A DNA stretch of 64,000 nt from Zootoca vivipara (taxonomy: Eukaryota), in the NCBI RefSeq assembly GCF_963506605.1, contig NC_083288.1:27776001-27840000 (forward strand), written 5' to 3'. Below the pieces are notes generated by a model. That model saw only the letters and a list, made by a program, of their open reading frames with translations. It had not been told where the DNA came from and did no database searches. The position numbers and the translations under genes are program-made. Shown here piece after piece: positions 48,063-58,386 of this stretch. Positions within the stretch are counted from its first letter, which is position 1, and each line of letters starts with the position of its first letter.

Positions 48063-49304
48063 ATGAGCGCTCAAGAGGCTGAGCATTGGAGGCTGGAGGC
48101 CGAAGCAGCGAAGCAGGAGCTACAGAACCTCACAGCGCACGCACAGCAGCAATTGCATGCCGCTCAGGAGGAGGCGCGAGGGGCGCAGGAGGAGCTGAAC
48201 AAGCTGGTGGACCAGGTGAGGACAAAAGAGGAGACTGAGAAACAGCTAAGGGTGATGGTATTAGACCTGCAGAAAAAGTTGGAAGAGGAGAAAGCCGCTA
48301 GAGGTGGGGGGGCACCCCAGCCGCAGCTAGTCCAAGTGAGAAGGGGACAGAGCCTAGTCACCAAGTTCAGCGGAGACCCGAGGGAGTACCTCGGATTCGA
48401 GACAGAAATAAATTATGCGCTGGAATTGCATGCAGCAGAATTCCCAGATGACGCGCACAGAGTCTACTTTATCATAGAGCATTTGACGGGGGCCGCCCGG
48501 GAATGGGTAAGACCGCTCATCGCGCAAAAAAATCCTTGCATGAAGAACGCAACTTTATTTCTAGAAGCTTTAAAATTAATGTACGCTAGCGACAGTGAAA
48601 TGGAGGCCACTAAACAGGAGCTTCATGACTTAACACAAGGAAAATCGACAGTTAGGGACTACTGGGCGAAATTCACCATGCTGGTGCACAAACTGGGGTG
48701 GGATCTGAACAGTGAGCCAGTGAAATCAGCCTTCTACCTGGGTTTGCATGCAGACGTTAAGGATGAGCTGGCAAGAGGTCCTAGACCGCAGACTATGGAT
48801 CAGCTCAGCAAAGCGGCGCTAGCGGTGGGGGTGAGACAGGAATCCAGATGGTATGACAAACAAGCGACGCGCGCAGCAAAACCTTGGTTCCCACGCTCTC
48901 AGGACAGACCACATCACCAAACCCCACCCCAGGGACCGCCCCCAGACCCGCCCAGACCAAGCCCAGAGCCGGAACCGATGGAGATCGGGGGAGCGCGCGC
49001 GCGGGCTTTTCAAACCCCGGCGGCACCAAGACGCAAGGAGGGAAGAGGCGGGAATTGCTTTCTCTGCAACTCCCCCCGGCATCGCGTCAGAGACTGCCCT
49101 CATCGCAGAGAGTGGCAAGGAAAGGCGGGAACGGTTGTACCTTCCCCCACTGACGTAGCACCACAGCAGGGAAACGAGACAGCCTGGCTGCAGGAGACAA
49201 GGGGCAGCAGCCAGGCACAGTCAGCAGTGAACAGCCCCAGCCCGCCCACCCGCACAGAGAGGAGCAGAGCCAGCCCACCCCTCCCAGAGCAGGAGTGGTT
49301 CTAG
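48063..49304 (+). CDS. Gag (PEG10/RTL-like capsid, coiled-coil N-terminus, CCHC knuckle)
   Basis: KFSGDP, LTQGKSTVRDY, PEPMEIG, CFLCNSPRHRVRDC. Confidence 0.93.
   Translation: MSAQEAEHWRLEAEAAKQELQNLTAHAQQQLHAAQEEARGAQEELNKLVDQVRTKEETEKQLRVMVLDLQKKLEEEKAARGGGAPQPQLVQVRRGQSLVTKFSGDPREYLGFETEINYALELHAAEFPDDAHRVYFIIEHLTGAAREWVRPLIAQKNPCMKNATLFLEALKLMYASDSEMEATKQELHDLTQGKSTVRDYWAKFTMLVHKLGWDLNSEPVKSAFYLGLHADVKDELARGPRPQTMDQLSKAALAVGVRQESRWYDKQATRAAKPWFPRSQDRPHHQTPPQGPPPDPPRPSPEPEPMEIGGARARAFQTPAAPRRKEGRGGNCFLCNSPRHRVRDCPHRREWQGKAGTVVPSPTDVAPQQGNETAWLQETRGSSQAQSAVNSPSPPTRTERSRASPPLPEQEWF
49169..49216 (+). promoter_or_regulatory. -1 ribosomal frameshift signal
   Basis: G GGA AAC in the gag frame, 6-nt spacer, 10-bp stem GCCTGGCTGC / GCAGCCAGGC; the -1 frame is open into pol. 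Confidence 0.88.
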
Positions 49305-52300
49305 AAGTCACGCTGACGCTCCCAAATGGCTATCCCCTGACAGTCCTCGCCTTAATTGACAGTGGTGCCTCCGCCAACTTCTTCTCGAGAAACTTTGCAG
49401 AAGAGCACCAGATCCAACTTCTGCAGCTGGATTTTCCCCTGCACGTGGCCACCATTGATGGCAGAGAGTTGCTGGGAGGGGCCATCACTCATCAAACCCC
49501 CCCCATGAGAATGACAGTGGGAAGGCACTCAGAGACACTGGCTTTCAACGTCACGACCATCTCAGACCCCCCCATCGTTTTGGGAATGAGCTGGCTGGCG
49601 CGCCACGACCCCTCCATAAGTTGGCACCAGAGATGCATCACGTTTGGGTCGGACTTTTGTCTGGAACATTGCATGCAGCACCAACCAGGGGAGGGGCCTC
49701 CGATAGCCACGGTGGCCACCATGCACGTCAAAGGGGGTGAGGCGATACCCAAGCCGTACTGGGACCTGCAGGAGGTCTTCAGCGAAGCGGAGTCCGACCA
49801 CCTACCTCCACACAGGCCTTTTGACTGCCAGATCAACCTGGTGCCAGGGGCAACTATACCCCCAGCCAAGCTGTACGCCATGTCAGACCAGGAACTGGAG
49901 GATCTGCGCGCTTTCATCGACAAGAACCTCAAGCGGGGGTTCATCAGAGAAAGCAAGGCAGCAGGGGGCAGCCCGGTCTTCTGGGTGGACAAGAAAGACA
50001 CGCAACAGCGCCGTCTGGTGGTGGATTTTAGACGGCTGAATTCAGTGACAGAGCCAGTGGCTTTCCCCATGCCCAGAGTGGATGATCTTCTGACAGCGGC
50101 ACGCAGGGGCAAGATTTTCACCAAGCTAGACCTAAGAGGGGCGTACAACTTGATCAGGATCCGGGAGGGCGATGAATGGAAAACCACGATGTTCACGCCT
50201 CTGGGCTCTTTTGAATATCTGGTGATGCCCTTCGGGTTGCAAGGGGGCTCAGCCTGCTTCCAGGCCTTCATGCACCACGTCCTGGGGTCCCTCCTCTTCA
50301 AGAACTGCTTGGTCTTTCTGGATGACATCCTTATCTATTCCAATGACCCAGTGCAGCATGTGAAGGATGTCAGGGAGGTGTTGCAGCGCCTGAAGGACAA
50401 CCACCTGTATGTGAAGCTGGAGAAGTGCAAGTTTCACACCAAGGAGGTGGACTTCCTGGGCTACAAGCTGTCAGACAAGGGGCTGGCGATGGACAAGGAC
50501 AAGGTGCAGACCATCCTGGACTGGCACAGCCCCAGGACGCGCAAAGATGCCCAACGCCTACTAGGCTTCGCTAACTTCTACAGGAAGTTCATCAAGAACT
50601 TCTCTCGTGTCACGGCTCCCATCACCGACTGCCTGAGAGGCAAGCAGAAGTTCAGGTGGACACCAGAGGCACAAGCAGCGTTCGAAAGCCTCAAGAGGGT
50701 ATTCGCTTCAGACCAGCACCTGTTCCACGTGGTGCAGGATGCGCCCCTACGCCTGGAGACAGATGCTTCTGATAAAGCTGTGGGAGCGATTCTGTTGCAA
50801 CTGGACGCCAACAGAGAGTGGAGACCCTGTGCCTTCTTCTCCAGGAAGCTGACCCAGCCTGAACGCAACTACACAGTTTTTGATAGGGAACTTCTCGCGA
50901 TCCACGCTGCGTTCCAGCACTGGCGACACTTCCTGGTGGGCGCCAAGCACCCCATCCAGGTGTGCACAGACCACAAGAACCTGGAGTTCTGGAGAACGGC
51001 CAGGGTGCTCAACCAGCGGCAGATACGGTGGGCAGAGTTCTTCTCGAACTTCAACTTCTCCATCCACTACATCCCGGGGGAGCAGAACGTCAGGGCGGAT
51101 GCCCTCTCCCGCAAGCCAGAGTACATGGAGGAGGAGTTGCCACCAGCACCCAGGCACGTTTTCCCCCCATCTGCATGGTCATGCGGTGCAGCAGTGGTGA
51201 GCGAGGCAGAACTCACCGCACTGACGGCAGCGGATGAATTTGCCACCCGCATCTTCAGAGACCTGAGAGGGGGGAGGGAGCAGGCCAAAGACTTTGAGGA
51301 AAGGAGGGGTTTGCTTTTTTACAGGGGAGCCCTGTACCTCCCAACCAAACAGCTGAGAGGTAAGGTTCTCAAGCAGATGCACGACAACCCAACGGCGGGT
51401 CATTTCGGAAGGGACAAAACCACTCACCTAGTCATGAGACACTTCTGGTGGCCAGGGGTGCGGGAGGATGTTCGGGATTATTATGTCAGGGATGTGACAC
51501 CTGCCAGCGAGCAAAGGTGGTCAGAGCGCCACCAGCAGGTTTGCTGGAGCCATTAGCCACACCGCACAGGCCGTGGGAAGTAGTGTCCATGGACTTCATC
51601 ACAGACCTGCCGTCGTCCAGGGGCAAGACCGCAGTGTTGGTGGTGGTGGACCTCATGTCCAAAATGTGCCACTTTATACCGTGTGCCAGGGCGGTCTCGG
51701 CAGAAGAGACGGCCAAACTGTTTGTGGACCACGTATTCCGACTGCATGGATTGCCTTTAAGAGTTATTTCGGATCGTGGCCGCCAATTTGTTTCCAGGTT
51801 CTGGCGACGGCTAATGAACCTCCTGCAGGTGGAGGTCAGCTTGTCGACGGCTCGGCACCCGCAGACCAATGGACAGGCGGAGCGGGTCAACGCCATTCTG
51901 CAGCAGTACCTGAGATGTTACGTCAGCCAGAGGCAAACGGACTGGGTGGATCGCCTGCCACTAGCAGAATTTGCCTACAACAATGCGGTGCACGTCTCCA
52001 CAGGGGTGTCGCCCTTTAAGGCCAATTACGGGCGCGACCTCAGATCTTTCCCGGAGAGGGAGGGGGAGGAGGAGGAAGAGGGCCCACAGGCAGAGGATTG
52101 GGCAGAGGACCTGGAGACGGTGCACCAGCAGCTCCGAGAACACTTGGAGAGGGCCAAGGAAGCGTACAAGAAGGGGGCAGATCGCCACAGGCGGCCGGGA
52201 GAGGTCATCAGGGTGGGGGACAAGGTTTGGTTATCCTCGGAAGGTCTTCCCACCAGGGGGCGATGCAAAAAGTTAGCACCCAGGAGGCTGGGCCCCTTCA

Positions 52301-53310
52301 CGGTCACGCAACAGGTCAACCCGGTAGCCTTCAGGCTAGCACTGCCGGAGGACATGAGAGTGCACCCAGTGTTTCATAGATCACTGCTGTCGCCGTACAG
52401 GGAAAGTACCAGGTTCAGGGACAGCGATCAACCTCCAGAGGGAGGGGGGGAGACGGGAAACGCCCGACAGCTCAATGAGGCAACTGAGATTTTAGACTCA
52501 AGGAGAGGGGTGAGAGGGCTGGAGTACCTGATAGCATGGGAGGACACTCCGCCATCCCACAATGAGTGGATACCGGCCACGGAAGTACCTGAGGAATTTT
52601 TAGTGGAAGAGTTCCACGCCCTGTTCCCCCACAGGCCCAAGCCCTGGCACATGGAAAGGGAGGGAGAGGGGGAGGAGCAGGAGGAAGGGATAGCAGGCAG
52701 CAGCTCCCCATGGAGATGGGAAGCGGAATTTGAGGACACGGAAGAAGAGGTGTGGGTTTCACCGAGGTCGACGACGTCAGAGGCAGGAGAGGACTGGCAG
52801 AACATTTTTACTCCCACCAGCTCTGATGCCACTGACTTCTTGGGATTTCCGTCTTCTCAGGGGGAAGGAGAGAGATCGCCGGATTGGGGGGAAATTTTCA
52901 CACCCACAGGCTCGGATGCCACTGACTTCTTGGGATTTCACTCGTCCCCAGCAAGCAGAGAGCCACTAGGGAGGGGGAGAGAGGAGCCTGGGAGGGGGGT
53001 GGATGTGAGGGACAAGGGATACAGGGAAGTCCCTCCCATCTTAAGTTCCAGCCCATCCCCAAGCGCTGGAGAGAGTAAGGAGAGCTCTGCCTCCAGCGGA
53101 GAGTCAGGAAGTAGTGTCCGAGGCTCAGGCAGGGTTGTGGAGCCCATGCCTCAGGTGGGACAGGAAGTTGGATGCACGGGGGGGAGGCCAATCCCCCCAG
53201 CTCCCGAATTGCGACGCAAACGTAGGGGGAAGAGGTTGGGTCTGCCAAAGTTGTGGTGCTGGAAGAAAACGCGCCAATCGCCATTCGGGAGTTCAGACAC
53301 CTCACCTTAA
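49169..53310 (+). CDS. Pol (protease, RT, RNase H, integrase, GPF motif, chromodomain, acidic tail); one frameshift at about 51490
   Basis: LIDSGA protease, FLDD RT, TDAS RNase H, H-H-C-C and D,D(35)E integrase, LGPF, EILDSR..EYLIAW..NEWI chromodomain; ORF-track segments 49295-51556 and 51448-53310. Confidence 0.93.
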
Positions 53311-53420
53311 GGATGCATTTTTATTGCTCTGAACACTGTAAATAATCAGCACTTAATAAAAGCCTTAAAAGACCATGCTGGAGTCGTTACTCTAGAGTAG
53401 CCATACCAGGGCCTCTGACA
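53004..53420 (+). repeat. 3' LTR
   Basis: Follows the polypurine tract GGGAGGGGGGTGGA; TG..CA. Confidence 0.97.
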
Positions 53421-54209
53421 CATGGTATTCCTTTTTAAAAAGTAGTTAAAACAATTGGGGTTTTGTAGCACCTGTAACAGTGCTAGATTGAAGCGATTGA
53501 TTCAAAACCTAGTTGTCATTATGGTTTATTTATTTTGACTTTATTATTATTTTTTCTAAAATACAGAAACTGGGGAAGAAAGAACAGCAGAATCAATAGA
53601 TACAAGAATAAGTAACACCCCACTGCTGTCCCCTCATGTTCTACAGACCCCCAGACACTGTTTTGGATGGCAAGTGACAGAATAGTAATGGATAATCAAA
53701 GGCATATATTCTGTTCATAGGTCAAATGCCAATTAAAATAAATATTTGCAATATTTAAATATATAAAGAGAAATGTAATATTAATAATGTTCATTTTGTA
53801 AACTCATAATTGAGTAATTTATCTTAGCACTGTCTATGTGAAATTTTGTTCTGTTCTGGAGAATGAAACTTTTTTCTGTGTTAGTTAGAATATGGATAAA
53901 CTAACTAAAACACAATCATAGCATGGGGATGCGAGCTAAAAATAGGGAGGATGGAATGAACAACTTACAGAAAGAAGCATTTTTACCACTGCAGGTTAAC
54001 CTAGCATGCACCTATGTCAGGATGAAGAGAATAGCTTCTTCAGCAAATATTTGGGTGTGGGCATGGATTTTGTTTCTGGGCTTACATGACACAACGATTG
54101 ATAAATATGGATTTTGTAGTAGCTGAGGTGTTGATAATGGGAACTATAAAACCATTCTGTTTGGGCTGACTGATTTCCCCCCCTGTCTTCAGACTAAAGG
54201 GATCCAAAT

Positions 54210-55139
54210 ATGGCACGAGATAATCACACGGCATTTTCTGACTTTATTCTCCTTGGATACTCAAATCTCCCAGATCTCCAAGGTTTGCTATTTTCTGTGT
54301 TCCTGATCACATATTCAGGCATTCTAATAGGAAATGGACTAATCATTTATGTTACAATATCTGACCCTGCCCTTCACACTCCTATGTATTTCTTTTTGAG
54401 GAACCTGTCTTTCCTGGAGATCTGCTATACTTCAGTCACTGTGCCGAATATGGCGGCCAATTTAGTGGCAGAAAAGAGCAACATTTCATTCCTTGGCTGT
54501 GCTGCCCAGATCTACTTCCTACTTATACTAGGAGGCACAGAGTGCTTCCTATTGACTGCCATGGCTTATGATCGATATGTGGCCATATGTAACCCCTTGT
54601 ATTATAAGCTCATCATGAACAAGCAATTCTGTTTGGTACTCATCACTGGATCATTGGTTGTCAACATGTCCATACATGCGGGGCAAATATATCTAGTGTT
54701 CACCTTGCCCTTTTGTGACTCTCATGAAATCAATAACTTATTCTGTGATATACCCCCACTGCTTGATCTGGCCTGCGCTGACACCAATGTTAACCAGTTA
54801 ATTGTGTTTGCAGCTGCCGTAGTTTTCTTGATCATCCCTTTTTTCCTTATCTTTGCTTCTTATGTGAAAATAATTTCTGCTATTCTGAAGATGCCTTCAG
54901 CAGACGGTCGGAAGAAAGTGTTCTCCACTTGCTCCTCACACCTTATTGTTGTATCTCTATTTTATGGCTCAGCAACTATTGTATATCTGAGTCCTAGGTC
55001 AAAGGAGACAGAAGACATTAATAAGTTGCTTTCCTTGTTCTATACCATTTTAGTTCCTATGTTTAACCCCATCATATATAGCCTGAGAAACAGGGAAGTG
55101 AAAGTATCCCTGAGAAAATTGTTGGGTAGGAAAATGTGA
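54210..55139 (+). CDS. Class II olfactory receptor (OR-9, 309 aa; OR10-like)
   Basis: Intact OR motifs; same acceptor and leader as OR-8. Confidence 0.95.
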   Translation: MARDNHTAFSDFILLGYSNLPDLQGLLFSVFLITYSGILIGNGLIIYVTISDPALHTPMYFFLRNLSFLEICYTSVTVPNMAANLVAEKSNISFLGCAAQIYFLLILGGTECFLLTAMAYDRYVAICNPLYYKLIMNKQFCLVLITGSLVVNMSIHAGQIYLVFTLPFCDSHEINNLFCDIPPLLDLACADTNVNQLIVFAAAVVFLIIPFFLIFASYVKIISAILKMPSADGRKKVFSTCSSHLIVVSLFYGSATIVYLSPRSKETEDINKLLSLFYTILVPMFNPIIYSLRNREVKVSLRKLLGRKM

Positions 55140-55502
55140 TACTACAAAATAATAGTATTGCCTTCTCCCACCAAACACATTCCAATGGCAAGGAGAGATT
55201 ACAGATACTGAAGGAGAAGATTCCGGAAACAAGTGGGGGCTCCAACATAGGTGTGGGGGCCATGACAGATTACCCCTGAAGAAATGTCACTCTTGACAGA
55301 GAAAGCGATTCCCACCTCTAAGGTGAATCAAATTATAATGTATTAAGTTCATTGTGCTTAAATTTTCAGTGTCACTGTAAAACAGCAATGTTCTGCGTTT
55401 TCCATGCAGCCATTTTTCAGCTGTAATCCTTTGCAATTTTACCATACAATGCATATCTGCTTAGAAGTAGAACTCATTAGGGTCAACAGACTTTAGAGAT
55501 CT

Positions 55503-55655
55503 GTGCATAGTTATGTTGGTAGAGCATGAGACTCTTAATCTCAGGATTGTGGCAGGTTCAAGTCCCACACTGGGCAAAAGATTCCTTCATTGCAAGGGGC
55601 TGGAATGGATGACCCTCATGGTCCTTTTGAACTCTGTAGTTCTTTGAGTCTATGA
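55503..55655 (+). mobile_element. tRNA-Lys(CTT)-derived SINE with CR1-type tail
   Basis: GGTAGAGCATGAGACTCTTAATCTCAGG matches tRNA-Lys; followed by GGATGACCCTCATGGTCC..TCTATGA. Confidence 0.75.
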
Positions 55656-56266
55656 CTTATTCTCATATGTTTTTTTTAAAAAAAATAGGATTTCAGTCTA
55701 AATAAATAAATGTTTTGTCTTTTCATTAAAAAAATACATGAAACTCCCTTGGCTGAAACCTGCAAGCACTCCCTTCAGTATTGAAAGCCACAGCAACTGT
55801 TACACATTAATCAAACCAACCTAAGGGTTGACTGAAAGATGGACACACATGCACACTTTACATTCAGATACAAAATCTGAGGAATTCTGGATCTTCAATA
55901 TCTTCTGAAAGAACAAGGACAGCACAACAATATTTGGGATGAAAGCCCTAACCTAATAATTCTCAAAAATAAAGCAAGTCATGCACCTGTACACATCACT
56001 TGATAACACACTATTATGCAACAAGTCATGGCTTGCAGTAAAATAACTTCTTTAGAAAGTATTGTGTTTGAGGTCATGCAAAAATTGCATCTCTGATCGT
56101 CAAAGTAGGGTTGAGGGGAAAAGGGTATCTTGAAGTTATTCATACTATTTGTGAGTAGTGAAGGGGAAGGGGAGCATTTCACCAAATACAATTAGCGGGC
56201 TTGACATTCTACAATGATTTGTGTGGGGTGAAAGAAAACATTAGCAGCAAACTCTTTTGAAAATGT

Positions 56267-56363
56267 GTGTATCTGACGAAGTGTGCATGCACACGAAAGC
56301 TCATACCAAAATAAAAACTTAGTTGGTCTTTGAGGTGCTACTGAAGGAATTTTTTATTTCTTC
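56267..56363. mobile_element. Penelope-like fragment
   Basis: GAAAGCTCATACC..AACTTAGTTGGTCTTTGAGGTGCTACTG, shared with 58048-58386; flanked by TGAAAATGT duplication. Confidence 0.6.
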
Positions 56364-56585
56364 TGAAAATGTTGGCTTTCTTAGGTTGCAGTCCAAGTAT
56401 GAGGGGAAGGGTGGGGCCTGTCTACCTTCTCCAATATCCTTCTGGACTCTTGCTGCAAAGATGAAAACAAAAGCGCCTTTCCTGATATTTAGTGGAGGAT
56501 TTTAAAGGAAGCCTTCCTCCCATTGGATACAATGGGATGAAAATAAAAGGTAGCAAACTATGCCAGTTTATTGAATGGACATCAT

Positions 56586-57333
56586 TGCGTGACCAGGAGG
56601 CGACAGCCCCAGCCCCCAGGGATCATAAGGAAGGAATAAAGACTCTGGCAATGTTATATGGAATTAAAATTAGGCCACAACTTTATTAAACTTCCAAATG
56701 TAGGAAGACCTTGGCTTAGGCCTTTGGCATGGTGTATCCCTCCCCGCCCCCCAGCCAGGGGGAACTGGGGCTCATCAGGGTAAATGGGATATGGGGGTGT
56801 AGCAGGCAGCCCAGCCCATATCCCCCCCCCACACACAGTAGTGTATGGCCAGTGACACCTATATACATAAACCCTTTAAGAGTGGGACCTTGTGAGTCAC
56901 CACTTCATGCCCCCCCCCCATATAGGGAAGAAAAGACTAAAGGATTCCACCCAAGGCCTTGATCGCCAAAGTTGTGACGAATTGCTACAGGGAAGACAAA
57001 ACCTGCCAATGCAGGAAAATTTCTTCTCGGTCCTTCAGCAGCAACCAGTCAAAGACCATAGCAGCACCCGCTAAACAGGAAGAAAAAGTTAACCTGCAAA
57101 CAAGAAACATTAAACAAAGGGAGGGTGAATCTCCAGAGCCAACTGCCTGGCTATTGCCAGCTCCACCCCCTATTTATGAATGGGGCTGTCCCAACCTCTC
57201 AGCAAGAAGCCTCACTCCTGAGGCTGGGTGTAAGCCTCTGAATAATAACATTGAGAAGCAAGCCAGCCTCCTTTTACCACTAAGCTCCTTGGGAACTGTA
57301 GTCCCGCGCACGATCCTGCAAAGGGCACCCACA
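56586..57333 (-). mobile_element. LTR-like (solo LTR or DIRS/Ngaro-type) remnant, boundaries approximate
   Basis: ATTAGGCCACAACTTTATT and TTGGCTTAGGC motifs shared with 33072-34130. Confidence 0.45.
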
Positions 57334-57846
57334 TTCTGAAGTGTGAGTGCTCATTATAATTGTTTGGGAGGTTTTGTGCAATTCCCATAAAAGATTATAA
57401 TGCAATAAGGGAATTGATGGAGAATTGTGTGAAATGGCAGACATTTTGATGCAACATCAGCTACGCTCCCTGCAAACAAATCAGAATCACTGCTCATTAA
57501 ATAGCCAGTGTTGATTAAAGTTAAACTATTGGAGAGTTACAGTGCATGCTGTGACTGTAGAGATATGGGGGAGAGATGTTTTATTGCAGATGGACAAATT
57601 AAGGCGTCTGGTTTCGCTGCTGCAAGTGCACAATGCCACTTTTTCTTTCTGCGCTCCTCCCAGCCTTCATTCCTCCTCTGGTCACTGCTGTGGATCCATG
57701 ACCTGACTTTTCCCAGGCACTGTGACCATCTGCAAGGGATTCCCACATGGCAGGGTTAATGTTGCCATGTCATGTTTGCAGACATCTTTGTAATGCACAA
57801 TTGGTCTTCCAACAGGTCTAGTATCTGAAGCCAGCTCCCTGTAGAG

Positions 57847-57982
57847 CAGGCATCCCCAAACTGCGGCCCTCCAGATGTTTTGGCCTACAACTCCCATTAT
57901 CCCTAGCTAACAGGACCAGTGGTCAGGGAAGATGGGAACTGTAGTCCAAAACATCTGGAGGGCTGAAGTTTGGGGGTGCCTG
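57847..57982. mobile_element. hAT MITE
   Basis: CAGGCATCCCCAAACT / AGTTTGGGGGTGCCTG; perfect TSD CTGTAGAG. Confidence 0.92.
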
Positions 57983-58047
57983 CTGTAGAGCATGGCCTTG
58001 GGGATCATGTCATCTTCCATTCTGCGGACATGACCAATAGTGTAAAT

Positions 58048-58386
58048 TACAGGTAGGTAGCCGTGTTGGTCTGATGCAGTCAAAACAAAAATAAAAAAAG
58101 CCTTCCAGTAGCACCTTAGAGACCAACTAAGTTTGTCATGAGCACACAAAAGCTCATACCTATGACAAACTTACTGTATATTCCTGCGTATAAGACTACT
58201 TTTTAACCCAGGAAAATCTTCTCAAAAGTCGGGGGTCATCTTATACGCCAGGTTGTATTTCTTATACGGCGAGTATATCCCAAACTCTACATTTTAACTG
58301 GGAAAGTTGGGGGTCATCTTATACGCCCAGTTGTCTTATACTCCGGTCTCTAAGGTGCTACTGGAAGGATTTTTTTATTTTTGTTT
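58048..58386. mobile_element. Penelope-like element with inverted pseudo-LTR halves, carrying a truncated Tigger-like MITE (58174 to about 58346)
   Basis: 13-bp TSD CAATAGTGTAAAT; inverted CCTTCCAGTAGCACCTTAGAGACC / GGTCTCTAAGGTGCTACTGGAAGG. Confidence 0.7.

Larger units (their letters stand above)
47605..53420 (+). mobile_element. Full-length Ty3/Gypsy chromovirus LTR retrotransposon (Tf1/sushi-like)
   Basis: Two 417-bp LTRs, 5-bp TSD CATGG (47600-47604, 53421-53425), gag, PR-RT-RH-IN-chromodomain order, polypurine tract 52990-53003. Confidence 0.97.

Noticed and set aside
49492-50328. 278-aa antisense ORF within pol
   Set aside because: Expected shadow of a GC3-rich coding strand; no independent evidence
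48063-53310. Domesticated PEG10/RTL1-like host gene
   Set aside because: Flanked by near-identical LTRs, PBS, polypurine tract and TSD, so it is a recent retrotransposon insertion
55503-55576. tRNA-Lys gene
   Set aside because: Insertions and mismatches break the cloverleaf and it is fused to a CR1-type tail, so it is a SINE
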